This document shows positions 1 to 12,360 of a stretch of DNA of 64,000 nt, one piece after another. The notes under the pieces were generated by a model. It was not told where the DNA came from, made no database searches, and worked only from the letters and a program-made list of their open reading frames with translations. Within the stretch, counting starts at the first letter, position 1. Every line of letters begins with the position of its first letter. The position numbers were made by a program, and so were the translations under genes. The DNA is from Octopus bimaculoides (lineage: Eukaryota): positions 58,600,385-58,664,384 of the forward strand of contig NC_068985.1 of NCBI RefSeq assembly GCF_001194135.2, read 5' to 3'.

Positions 1-26
1 AATAATAATAATAATAATATTAATAA

Positions 27-205
27 TGGTTTCAGATTTTGGCACAAGGCCAGCAATTTCTAGGGGAGTGCTCAACTGTTACTTATATTGACCTCGAAAA
101 GATGAAACATAAATTCAACCTCGATGGAATTTGAACTTGGAACAAAAAAGACGGACGAAATACCGTTAAACACTTTGTCCGGCGTGCTATTGATTCTGAC
201 AGCAG
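27..205 (-). mobile_element. tRNA-derived SINE, family 1 (degenerate copy)
   Basis: Reverse complement resembles the full-length copy at 8236-8465 (gaatttgaac...gacggacgaaataccg...cggcgtgct); next to a (TAA)n tract. Confidence 0.75.
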
Positions 206-2498
206 AAAATTGCTTTATGTTGAATTTCTTGGAATTTAAATTGGAAACATTGTAAATTTCTAAGCAAAATACACACCGTAGGTCAAATCGACTGATGTGA
301 TGGATTTCGTAACAGCCATTACGAAAATATTGTCCCTGCATCACCTACTACAATTGAGAGAAAATACACATATAAGAATGACCACAGCGATAACAACAAC
401 TTAAATCATAAGGAATGTGAAAGCAACACCACCCCCACGATTCACACCACAGCAAAAGAAAACTAACAAGAACAGAAACAACGATAAAGCAAATGAAAAC
501 GTCAACAGCAATATGAAAGAAATTGAAAAGTACAACAATAGAGAAAAGAACAAAAAACTGAAACCGTTGGACAAAAAGCAAAAATTAATTTCCCATTCAA
601 CACACCTGCAAGTTCCACCCACACCACCATCAAAACCAATCTTACCAACACAAAAGCAATGAAAACAAGACTTGTAAATCTAGCGTTGGTGGTCCCGCGT
701 ATGTGACGGGGGAAATTGGCGCTCAACATAACAAAATCCATTCAGCAAGAAACCAATGCTAGAATCTTAGGACAGTTATAGTTAAAACTATAACAGCAAG
801 AAAAAGAAGGAAAAAACAGATGACACAATAGCAGATGGAAAGCTGCCCCCGACCAATCTGAGGTATAAAAGACATATATAGTGGAAAGACGTTTGGAATA
901 GTGAAAGTGATATTCGCTACATACAATGAGGCTAATAAGCACTACATAGACATTCGGTCAAGTGCCAAACTGTTCATAATCCCAATTTACATTAGCAGCA
1001 AAGTGTTAAAATATATCTGCAGTATCGAAATTTTTGGACCAAGATATGGAGGTGTTGATCTAAACTATTTACCAAATTCTTGGAAGCCTTTCCGGACCTA
1101 GTCAATCAACTAGAAGATGCAAAGCTCCATGTTGCCGTTGTAGGCATAATGCTGATGTAGCACCAATAAAAGTAGGTGGTCAGAGCATCAACAACAGTAA
1201 AACTGCCAAACAAGAAAACTGTAGTAACAGCAGCATCTACAGCAGTAGCTGTGATAATAGCAACAACAGTGGAAGCGTTAGCAAGTAGAAATAAAATCAT
1301 CATAACAAGGGCCACTACACCACGGGCAGAAGCAGTAACAAAAGCAACAGAAACCCGCAAAACAACATCAACTATATCAACAAAATCTCCTCAAAAACAT
1401 AAATCTCCTCGACCCACACCACCCCGACACATCATGTAGCCAACGAGAAGAAAACACCAAATGGAAATGAGTGACAAAGTTAAACGAACGAAAAGGAAAC
1501 AAAAATACATAAATGTAAAGAGTAAAATTGAGAGAAAAGAAAGATTTCAGAAGGTGACTTGAATTCACAGTTTGGCGAGATGCCTTCAAACAAGAACTTG
1601 GAATGATGCATTTAAGCAACAATTTGGGTCAGTACCACATACCACTCCCACCCCTACTGCGCGACAACTTAAACAATTTCTGGGGGAGTGCTCAACTGGT
1701 ACTTCTCGAATAGCCCCGGAACAAGCAGAGTATTGTGAGTAAAATTGGTAGAGGAAAATTATGAGGAAGTCAGTCGTATATATTTGTATCTATGAGTGTG
1801 TCCTTGTGTGTCCTCTCATCCCAACCTACTGCTTTGAAACTGGTATAGGTCTGTTTACATCCCATGTAAACAGCAAAAACGATTGATAGAATATTATCAG
1901 ACTTCGGAAATTAAAAACATATGGCACTTTGTTGGAGTAATACCCTTCGACACTGCGCTAGAGTATTGCTGCAGTCATTGGACTGCAGCAAACAAAAGAC
2001 AAAAGATGAGATATAATATATTTTGGTATCTAAACAATTTCCAAATATTTCAGAAAAATTCTTGAAATGAAGCTTGTTAAGAAAATAGAGGGTACAACGG
2101 ACTGCTTAGACCCCTAATGTCATTCCGATGTGCTCACTCTTTACATTATATCTTACAGATTTCCGTAGTTTTAGGTTTATTTCGTTAGAGAGTCAAATTT
2201 AAATGAAAATGCTATCCTCGCATGAATTATACTATTTTATTTATTACAGTAGTTGTCTCATTGTAAAATCTACTTCATTAGATTGCAATAAATAAGTTTC
2301 CAATTTATTTCTCAAGTCTCTGTACTTGTCATTAGATTGTTTGTGGCTTTCTATCTTCTGGTTTCTGTCTTGATTACTTCACTCTTACTTCATTTCGATT
2401 TCTTCTTTGTAGTTTAAACAATGAATTTATTTGGTCTTTTAAGTTTTTTAAAAAATATTCTTGTTTATTTGCATTTGATTTCTTTATGTTCACTTCCA

Positions 2499-2515
2499 TT
2501 ATTCATTGAATACCA

Positions 2516-2575
<60 letters not shown>

Positions 2576-2632
2576 GTATTATTATTATTATTAATATTGT
2601 TGTTCTTGTTGTTGTTATTATTATTATTATTG
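2499..2632. repeat. (TTA)n microsatellite array, imperfect
   Basis: Seen directly in sequence; it produces the poly-Ile and poly-Leu ORFs. Confidence 0.95.
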
Positions 2633-2924
2633 TTACATTGTTTAATTCATTATTCTCGCTATAGCTTTCATTCTTATTGTAGTGTGATTTTCTATCTTCA
2701 TTAAAAGCGAATATTTTAATTAACTTCTGAATTTCAAACATACTCAAAATATAAATTAAGCTTCAGAAAATGTACACAAACGTTTCCACACAAATACACA
2801 TATATAACTAGAAGTCTGGGAAATAAAGAATGAAAGTGACGAAACACAGTCGATAAGATCTAGAGTAATGTTTATATGCAGAAAAATTAATAATAATTAA
2901 TCTTTCAAAACTGCAACTAATTAT

Positions 2925-5010
2925 AACGGTTTCAAATTTTAGCACAGGTGCAGGAATTTCGAACGGGTGTAATTGATTGTATTGATTTTTGTACTCAACT
3001 AGTATCAATTTTATGGGCACCGAAAGGATGAAATGCAAATAGACTTCAGCAGAATTTGAACTCAAAACGTAAAGAGATGAAAGTGTAGTAACGCCTGCGC
3101 ATGCGTAGAATTAATAAAGCAAGCGTTTCCCGCTCAATTCATTCTCTTTCACGCTGGCCAGCGATTGAGCATGGACGTGTGTTTAAAAGCTGTCCCTACA
3201 TCTTTCGGTCTTATACTCGACAGCTAGTTATTCTCACCTCTAAAGATGTATAACTAAAGATATGTATGTTTTACCAAGTAAATAAATGTTGTTTAAGTTG
3301 TTTAGTCTGGAGTCAGAGTTCCGTCTATTTCTTTAAGTTTATAGTAGAAAGTCAGGTATACAATCTAAAGATGTATAACCCACTTTCTACTAAAGTGGTG
3401 ACCCCCGACGAAGAAAAAACGCAGCATGAACTACGGATTACCAACTTATAANNNNNNNNNNNNNNNNNNNNNNNNNNNNNNNNNNNNNNNNNNNNNNNNN
3501 NNNNNNNNNNNNNNNNNNNNNNNNNNNNNNNNNNNNNNNNNNNNNNNNNNNNNNNNNNNNNNNNNNNNNNNNNNNNNNNNNNNNNNNNNNNNNNNNNNNN
3601 NNNNNNNNNNNNNNNNNNNNNNNNNNNNNNNNNNNNNNNNNNNNNNNNNNNNNNNNNNNNNNNNNNNNNNNNNNNNNNNNNNNNNNNNNNNNNNNNNNNN
3701 NNNNNNNNNNNNNNNNNNNNNNNNNNNNNNNNNNNNNNNNNNNNNNNNNNNNNNNNNNNNNNNNNNNNNNNNNNNNNNNNNNNNNNNNNNNNNNNNNNNN
3801 NNNNNNNNNNNNNNNNNNNNNNNNNNNNNNNNNNNNNNNNNNNNNNNNNNNNNNNNNNNNNNNNNNNNNNNNNNNNNNNNNNNNNNNNNNNNNNNNNNNN
3901 NNNNNNNNNNNNNNNNNNNNNNNNNNNNNNNNNNNNNNNNNNNNNNNNNNNNNNNNNNNNNNNNNNNNNNNNNNNNNNNNNNNNNNNNNNNNNNNNNNNN
4001 NNNNNNNNNNNNNNNNNNNNNNNNNNNNNNNNNNNNNNNNNNNNNNNNNNNNNNNNNNNNNNNNNNNNNNNNNNNNNNNNNNNNNNNNNNNNNNNNNNNN
4101 NNNNNNNNNNNNNNNNNNNNNNNNNNNNNNNNNNNNNNNNNNNNNNNNNNNNNNNNNNNNNNNNNNNNNNNNNNNNNNNNNNNNNNNNNNNNNNNNNNNN
4201 NNNNNNNNNNNNNNNNNNNNNNNNNNNNNNNNNNNNNNNNNNNNNNNNNNNNNNNNNNNNNNNNNNNNNNNNNNNNNNNNNNNNNNNNNNNNNNNNNNNN
4301 NNNNNNTTATACATTGCATGTTCTGTGTTTTTTCTCACACACACACTTGTGCACTCATACATTTTCTTTCCTTTCAGGGAAGACAAACACCCAAGACTTT
4401 TACATCGCGTGATTCCAGTTTCCTGGACAGTTGTCATCACGGTTGTTTTGTCATTGTCATTTCATTTATACGTTGCATGCATGTATTTCACAAGTGTACA
4501 TTTCATTTCTTTGAATTTTCTTTGTGTGTGTTTGTACCACATCTTGTGGGTGGTTTTTCAGTGGCCATCCTGCTTCAGGCGTTCTAACAGATTTTATTTA
4601 TCGTGCGTTTCCGCTCTGGCGAGGGAGCTCCGTAGTAACGCTTGCACATGCGTAGAATTAATAAAGCAATCGTTTCCCGCTCAATTCATTCTCTTTCACG
4701 CTGGCCAGCGATTGAGCATGGACGTGTGTTTAAAAGCTGTCTCTACATCTTTCGGTCTTATACTCGACAGCTCGTTATTCTCACCTCTAAAGATGTATAA
4801 CTAAAGATATGTATGTTTTACCAAGTAAATAAATGTTGTTTAAGTAGTTTAGTCTGGAGTTCAGCGTTCCGTCTATTTCTTTAATTTTATAGTAGAAAGT
4901 CAGGTATACAATCTAAAGATGTATAACCCACTTTCTACTAAAAAAGAAATGTCGCTAAGCATTTTGGCCAGCGTGCTAACTCTTTCAGCTCGGTGCATAG
5001 CTAATACTTA
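2925..5010 (-). mobile_element. Family 1 SINE split in two by an LTR element insertion
   Basis: Left half ends ...aacgtaaagagatgaaag at 3083; right half resumes aaatgtcgctaagcatttt at 4947. Joined, they match the SINE variant at about 35075 (cgtaaagatggaagaaatgccgc). Confidence 0.75.
3084..4942 (+). mobile_element. LTR retrotransposon (probably Ty3/gypsy-like), short or with its internal region hidden in a gap
   Basis: Two ~310-bp direct repeats (3084-3394 and 4631-4942), about 10 differences counted by eye. 5' LTR starts TGTAG. PBS TGGTGACCCC(C)GACG at 3396-3410 is complementary to the 3' end of eukaryotic tRNA-Trp. Purine tract GAGGGAG at 4621-4627. Candidate 4-bp TSD AAAG at 3080-3083 and 4943-4946. 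Internal region is mostly N (3452-4306). Confidence 0.85.
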
Positions 5011-6509
5011 TTTTATCGACCGGGAAGGATGAAAGGTAAAATCAACCTCGACAGTATTTCAACACAGAACACCAAGCCGGAAAAATGCCACTAAACATTT
5101 TGTCTGACTTGCTAACTTGAACTGTGACATGACGCTAATAATTTTAGAAGTGGTACTTATATTGTCCACTCCGAAAGAGTGGAAGGCAAAGTTCACCTAC
5201 CTAAATTTGAAGTCAAAATATAAAGAACCGGAAAAAATGCTGCAAAAGACTTTGTCCGATACTTTGTCAATTATGAAAGTAATCGCCTTACTGCTACTAA
5301 TAATTTATGAAAAAACAAAAACGTTGTGTAATTTGGTCTAATTTGGGAAGTGAGTTTTCCGGTGTTTCAGGCACGGCTAGGTCTTGTGCTGAGTGGACAG
5401 GTTTGTTTTCATGCTTCAAGTGCTTGATCGTGTATCATGGGTGGGGATTACGATATGCTGTATCGTGTACAAAATGAGGTTAAGTTATTATTGTGCTTTG
5501 AAGTGGACAGAGAGCGATGATTCTGGCGATATGTACCCCATACACACTTCTCAAGACACACGTACTTAATTTTTTTGATGTTAACAGCTTACTTCAGACA
5601 GCTCAGTCTCTTCGTAGTTGTATTGTGTCTATCACAGTTATTCAAATCATGTTGATATTCCACTCCCTTGTTATTACGAGAGCCTGAGCTACTTTTAAAT
5701 ACAACTTCACCGAAGAATTTACAATTAAACGTACTTATGTTTATTTCTGATGTAGCTACTGGTTAAAGTTTCAACTTGTTAAACGTTTTTTTTATATATA
5801 AATCGGTGTTGTACATCATTAAATATATAAATCCCTATTGTACATAAGTATACTCCCACATACACACACAAACACAGATACACACACACACACACACATA
5901 TATGCATATACGCACAACGATACACATAGTAAAAGTACATCAAACTCCATTTTCTGCCTGATAGATAGACAGAGTTTTAGACAGACGGGAGACGCAGACT
6001 AACAAGGTGTCTGGTTAAGTTAGATACAAAATGTCACGTATGAGTGTGTGCGTGCCTGTGTATGTTTGTATGTATATTCTCATCGGTGTTTATTTATTTA
6101 AATTCTCTCTCTGTGTAATGAGGTGGTTTCCAACACACATACAAAGCTATTTGCATTTGGAGAAAAGGCTTCATATTTCTGTTTTACTTAGAGATTGTAT
6201 TGGTAATGTGCGAGTTCGTTGGTTGGTTTCTTTCACTGAGAACCCAGGCTTATCCAGACAGTCCTTATGCATTCAGTCACAAAACGAAATGCACCAATTA
6301 TTATTGGTTTCTAGGTTTTTGTGCAAATTTGTTGGTGCAAGTATGTATGTCATTATTCAGTTTTAATTCAAAATGTCTTTACAATAGAGTAAGAACCGGT
6401 TTCTAATCTAAATCCAAGGTTCCTTCATTGGAATTTTAATATCGACAACAGGATATTTTTGTATGTATGTATGTATGTATGTATAGATGGATGGATGGAT
6501 GGATGGATA

Positions 6510-9394
6510 CGTGAACATTTTCATGCTTTGTTTTATGTATGCCAACTCATGCATATACCTGCTTATCTAGACATGCTAATATATACTTGAATGATAAACT
6601 TTTGGAAAGTTTTACAGATTTTTACAGTTCCAGTGATGGCTTGGATCGGTAGTCTTCGAATCAACTTTCTCCCTTCTGGTTTTGCGAAAGCTAATTTCTT
6701 GAGAACGATATTTAGGCAGTGGTTTACATATCTCAAGGCCCCAATAATTACGGGTATAAACCTGAACTTGTTATCTGTCCACTGTACATAATTTCTCTTC
6801 TCTATCCGCAATCATTATTTTGTGTTTACATTTTTTGAGGTTTTCACTGGTACATTCTACCAGTTCTCATTTTTTTTTTTTGTGCTCAGTGTAATCTACC
6901 CCACTCATTTTTTTTTTTGTTTTTGTGCCTAGTGTAACACTTTCGACGGATCTCGTTATACAGTTTCCTAGCTACCACATCATGTCTCATTGGTAAATAC
7001 CTTAATGACATTTTTGGACAACTGCTTATGATGTGTGTGATATCTTCGCTGTTAACTCCACAAAGTCTGCATCAGTTGTCACATTTTACTGAATTTCATG
7101 CATCTCTGTCCCCTTTCGTGCATCAGCTATTTGGTTGATATTTCCCGTTCTTGGATTGGAAAACATACCCTTCAAGATGGGAGGTAGTATTCCAGTTGTT
7201 GGTGCACGATAGGCTGCTTTATGATAAATGCTACCATCATCTCGGAGCTTTCTACTAACATGTCCGCGCATGATCCTCTGCTCATATACGCTCCTCCTTT
7301 CTTCTGATATGTTGCGACGTCTTTGGGCATGTATTTAAGGTTACCAGACAAGGAATGCTGCTCAAGGAACTGCCTTTCAATTCTTATGATATTATCAGCC
7401 TCATGTACGTAAACTTACCCAAGTCATGAATTTCCACACCTAGTAGTTTTATGTAGAGGCGGTCGGCGTTACTGTTGATGTGGAAATTAAGTGTTCTTGT
7501 TAGTATTTTCCAGATTTTCACATCAATGGCTCATATCTCATCAAACGTCCAATCAAGCATCCCAATTGTTAGTATGAGTACTGGCTCTGCAAACCCATTG
7601 TGGATCACGGTTTTACTGAATACAGAGAGTTCCGAGGTCCACATTTTCTTTATTCGGCTGTAAAAGTTTTTAGTGACGTGTTTTGTTACAGATGTCATTG
7701 TAAGATGTTTTCATCCACCCTTAGATATCTGTGACATTTCCCATCAGCTATAGGGGAAGCAGTCAAGTCACTGATTGAGACGTTACTAGTCTTCTTTATA
7801 GATTATCACTCTCTTCAATACTATATGACATTTATCCTGACCAAACTCCAACCCGACATCTTTTCAGAATGTTGTAACTAGGTCCAGGCTTTCACATGTC
7901 ATGCGTGTTCTTTGCATAGACTTTGAAGTTATCTACAAAGAAAGAATGTGTAATTTTCGTATTTCTGTTTCCTTGTGAACAAATGAGATATCCTTCAGAC
8001 TTCCTTAGCATGAATGACAAGGGGTTTACAGAAAGTTTGAACATCACAGAGAAGCTGTCCTGGCAATATGCCTCTGCGATATTGTATTCTATCAGTGATA
8101 ATGCCGTCACTCCTTGTGTTTAATTTCAAGATGGTGGCCCACTTTGAAATCAGGTTAGCTATGGCTTTGACTTTAGCAAGTTGAAGGGCTTCTAGTATCC
8201 ATGTAGTCTAGCCACATTGAAACTAGGTTCCTTTAGACGGCGAGCTGGCAGAAACGTTAGCACGACGGGCGAAATGCTTAGTAGTATTTCGTCTGTCTTA
8301 CGTTCTGAGTTCAAACTCCACCGAGGTCGACTTTGCCTTTCATCCTTTCGGGGTCGATTAAATAAGTACCATTTTTGCACTGGGGTCGATGTAATCGACT
8401 TAATCTGTTTGTTTGTCCTTGTTTGTCCCCTCTATGTTTAGCCCCTTGTGGGAAATAATGAAATATGAAACTAGGTTCCTTTATGCTCCCGCACTCCTGA
8501 CATCACATGTTTGTTGATTAACAATTACTCGGCACATCCTCACGCTCTCTTCTTCCCAATTTCGTGTTCTGTTGTGATGGTGTCATTACATTCACAATGG
8601 TTTTGGAGAAAAAACGCAGTATGTATCTTATACATTAAGCCATGAAATTGACGGATATTTTCTCGCTATGTTGTTGGTTCTGCATTTGCAGGTTAAATTA
8701 TGTCTCTGCCACAGTTAACCAGTGTGGTATGCTACTGTTCTATTTGAGAGCTTGCTGATACAGGTTGATAAGATATGGTTGGTAGAAGGTTCGTTTATTT
8801 TACCAATATCCAGCAATCGAGTCTCTTCCAGGTGCTTTTCCATCCTGAAATTTCGGGTTCACAATGACAAGGGTATCACCATCAATGCTGTATGTGTTGG
8901 TTGTAATACAGTCACTAACCTTCTCTTGTTTCACAAATATTGTTTGTTGGCGTAAATTCTGGATGCAAGTCGTCTCAATATTTTTCAGCCGATTCATATG
9001 GCCAACAGGGAAGTTTGTTTCCCTTTTTTGTAATTGTTGAATAGACCAGTATTCAGATCGTAACTCCAGGAGAAATGAGTTTTGTAATTACGGTTTTCTT
9101 CAATAAATACAGCTGAGCAGAATCTGTTTACCTGTGGAGCTGTTGCTTTCGTTTTGTTCCTCGGTTGTGTTGTTGTCGATGTTGTGACCAGCCATATTGT
9201 TTGTAGTAGCTCTCTGCATGGTAAGTTCGCGTTTCAGTCGAAAATCACAACAATCGTAAGTAAAAGACTTCCTCGGTTAATTTATCTGGAAATTAACCAG
9301 TAAACTGAGGTGATAGTTGTGGCTCCAAAGTCGGAGATAGTATTCATCTTATTTTCAATAAATAGTCTCCTAGTCGCTTCGAGTTCATTGTGCA
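6510..9394 (-). mobile_element. R4-clade non-LTR retrotransposon (RT, CCHC finger, restriction-like endonuclease), decayed and internally deleted
   Basis: Minus-strand translations: KAPGRDSIAGYW (RT N-terminal part); CQDSFSVMF..NPLSFML...ITHSFFVDN (RT core, decayed FVDD); CRLCGVNSEDITHII (CCHC region); IPVIIGAL...QAITGTVKICKTF (RLE C-terminus). Many stops and frameshifts. Confidence 0.85.
8236..8465 (+). mobile_element. Full-length family 1 tRNA-derived SINE with an 18-bp target-site duplication
   Basis: A-box-like TGGCAGAAACGTT and B-box GTTCAAACTCC; short A-rich tail; TGAAACTAGGTTCCTTTA is present at both 8218-8235 and 8466-8483. Confidence 0.92.
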
Positions 9395-9447
9395 TGTATG
9401 TATGTATCCATGCATGTATGTATGTATGTATGTAATATGTATGTATC

Positions 9448-10231
9448 TTATTTTTCAGTAATTATAAATATTCCACTGAGGAGGAAGCCGGTTTCCAACA
9501 AATTTACAAGGCGCCATCTTTGGGATGTAGTTAAGAGAGACAAATTTACATTTGGAACTTGAGAAAAGTCTTGCATATTTTTACTTTCTAACTCACAGAT
9601 TGCAATTGTAATGTACGAATTAGCCGTTCGATTTCTCTTTCTGAAAATCACAGTTTACCAATATTTTCCTTTAAGCATTTATTAGCAAAATCTAGTAATC
9701 CGATTACTATTGGTATGAATATGAATTAATAGTCTGGATATAGAAGTTGGAGGTTTCAAAGCAGTTGTCCATAGTTATCCTCTTTTACTTTGGTTTTCAA
9801 GGAGATATTTATATCTGCAGGGCAGATGACCTCTATGCCGGTACATACCTTTGCCCCTGTGTTCTAAACAATATTACGCCTCTTATGTTTACATTTGACA
9901 GTCGTTTTAATGGGAATATTCCATCATTATTCCTTGAGTTGGTGTTAATGAATGCATTCCATAACAGATGCATTTTCTAAGTTTATTTCAGGACAGTCAT
10001 TTTTGCGGATGGCATTGTAAATTTTGGCGACAACATTGTGCCGCATAAGGAGGTAGTACTGTGACGTCATTTTAGGACAGCTACTAATCACATGCGTGAT
10101 GTCTTCCACAGAAACATGACAGTTTTTTACTGTAAGCGTGCCCAAACGTGTCGAATGCCTACACAGACCAAGTTTTACAGCCACATCATCCAAACCGACC
10201 GGGTGAAACCGGGCATAGCTGCTGACATATA
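9448..10231 (-). mobile_element. Second R4-clade LINE fragment (CCHC to RLE 3' part)
   Basis: CHVSVEDITHVISSCPKMTSQYYLLMRHNVVAKIYNAIRK resembles the CCHC region of the 6.5-9.4 kb element. 3' end abuts a (TACA)n tract; 5' end runs into a gap. Confidence 0.8.
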
Positions 10232-10491
10232 NNNNNNNNNNNNNNNNNNNNNNNNNNNNNNNNNNNNNNNNNNNNNNNNNNNNNNNNNNNNNNNNNNNNN
10301 NNNNNNNNNNNNNNNNNNNNNNNNNNNNNNNNNNNNNNNNNNNNNNNNNNNNNNNNNNNNNNNNNNNNNNNNNNNNNNNNNNNNNNNNNNNNNNNNNNNN
10401 NNNNNNNNNNNNNNNNNNNNNNNNNNNNNNNNNNNNNNNNNNNNNNNNNNNNNNNNNNNNNNNNNNNNNNNNNNNNNNNNNNNNNNNNNNN

Positions 10492-10568
10492 GGCCCTGGT
10501 TCATTTTGGACATTACACTGACTATGGCACCTTTCAAAGAATATTTCGTGTTATGGGCATGTTCATTG

Positions 10569-10614
<46 letters not shown>

Positions 10615-11549
10615 AACGCTCCACATGTAATAGTCCAATGGATTGAGATCTGGGGAATTAGGAGGCCAAATTTTAGGATTTATGCCATCCATTCCTGTGT
10701 TACTAGAGCCATGTGCGATAGTGCAGTGTCTTACTAAAACACATATGGCCTTCCTTTGCATACTCTGTCTATAGAGGGCTTAACAATTGTTTGCAAGGCC
10801 TCAATGTAGGCGGCAGAGTTAACTCTAAAGCCTTGTGGAAAGAAGCATCACTTGTCCTCCATTGCTGACAACGCCTAAAAGCATGACAGTTGCAGGAAAT
10901 TTTTTATGCATAATACATGGAACTTCAAAAGGGTATGTACATAACCATCTGTCAATTCTTCTGTTAACTTATGATCTTAGTCGAAATTTTTCTCGTTTGA
11001 GACAAACCAAATCAAATCTTCTTCTGCTGGATTTTTCAGTTTGTTTAAAAGCCTTTTAGATCTTATGTAGTGATTTTCTTTTGCTTTTCCTGACAAATTG
11101 AGCTTTCCTCATTATATAAGACTTATACCTGACGTCTTCGTGGACAACATATCGGACTGCGCCATCTGACACATGGAGATCTTTTGCAATAGAATTCATG
11201 AAATTTCTCGGAAATGCTTTGTTGAACGTGCTGGATAAATTCAAGTGTTCTGATGATTTCAGTGAATTTAGAATGTTTTTTATGCTTTGATACTGGTGAT
11301 AGGGCTCCATCATCATTCATTAGTTCCTTACAAACTTTGTCCACAAAAGATCTGGTCACTTTTAAAAATCGAGATATTTCTAAATCGCTATGCTCAGCAT
11401 TTCTAACAACAATTACAGAATTCCTCTTCACTTCTTGAGTAAGCTGCGGGTCTGCCATTATTATTTTCTGAAACAAGGATTATAGAAAGTTAGCAAAAAA
11501 TGCAGCAATACCCCCAAAAGTTATGTCCTCAAATATCTTACGCACCCTG
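10492..11549 (-). mobile_element. Tc1/mariner superfamily DNA transposon (maT/DD37D-like), decayed
   Basis: HTH-like N-terminus (EISRFLKVTRSFVDKV); IWFVSNEKNF (first catalytic D region); PYVF**DTA (second D); WPPNSPDLNPLDYY (third D). Terminus CAGGGTG at 11549 followed by TA. A (CT)n tract interrupts the ORF at 10570-10611. The DD37D spacing cannot be counted because of a deletion. Confidence 0.85.
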
Positions 11550-11809
11550 TATATATGTATATATACTGAGGTTTATGCGTGTGAGAGTGAGCCAGTGCAT
11601 TGCAATGTCTTTGTACTTATACATTTATATGATTTGTTCTGTTATATTTCTATGAACACAATCGAAAGTTTTAGATCAGTGTTGACAATCTACAAGAGAC
11701 GACAGAAACTGAATCAGAATATAAAATGATTCGTTCTCACATTATTAAATATTGTTAGTTTATTTATTTATTTAGTTATTTATTTATTTATTTATTTATT
11801 TATTATTAC

Positions 11810-11863
<54 letters not shown>

Positions 11864-12259
11864 TACTTTTTTTCTTTCGAAATTGNNNNNNNNNNNNNNN
11901 NNNNNNNNNNNNNNNNNNNNNNNNNNNNNNNNNNNNNNNNNNNNNNNNNNNNNNNNNNNNNNNNNNNNNNNNNNNNNNNNNNNNNNNNNNNNNNNNNNNN
12001 NNNNNNNNNNNNNNNNNNNNNNNNNNNNNNNNNNNNNNNNNNNNNNNNNNNNNNNNNNNNNNNNNNNNNNNNNNNNNNNNNNNNNNNNNNNNNNNNNNNN
12101 NNNNNNNNNNNNNNNNNNNNNNNNNNNNNNNNNNNNNNNNNNNNNNNNNNNNNNNTATGTGCGTATGTATGTATATGTATATATATATATTTTTCAATAT
12201 GTGACAGCGTGTGTATCGTTGGCGATTTTCTTTCTCCGTTTCCCCTTCTTTGGACTTTT

Positions 12260-12360
12260 CTATATTTCTGATGAAGAGTTCCGCTCGAAACGTGGAATCC
12301 TCTTTCTTTTCTTTCCTTTCCTGAGCGTCCAATAACACTGTACTTATTCCACGTCCTCGC
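12260..12360 (+). ncRNA. Type I hammerhead-ribozyme-like motif in a Penelope-type repeat
   Basis: CTGATGA (12268-74), extra A, stem II GAG/CTC, GAAA (12287-90). ACGTGGAA pairs with TTCCACGT, followed by C17 at 12355. Helix I pairing is poor. Confidence 0.6.
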
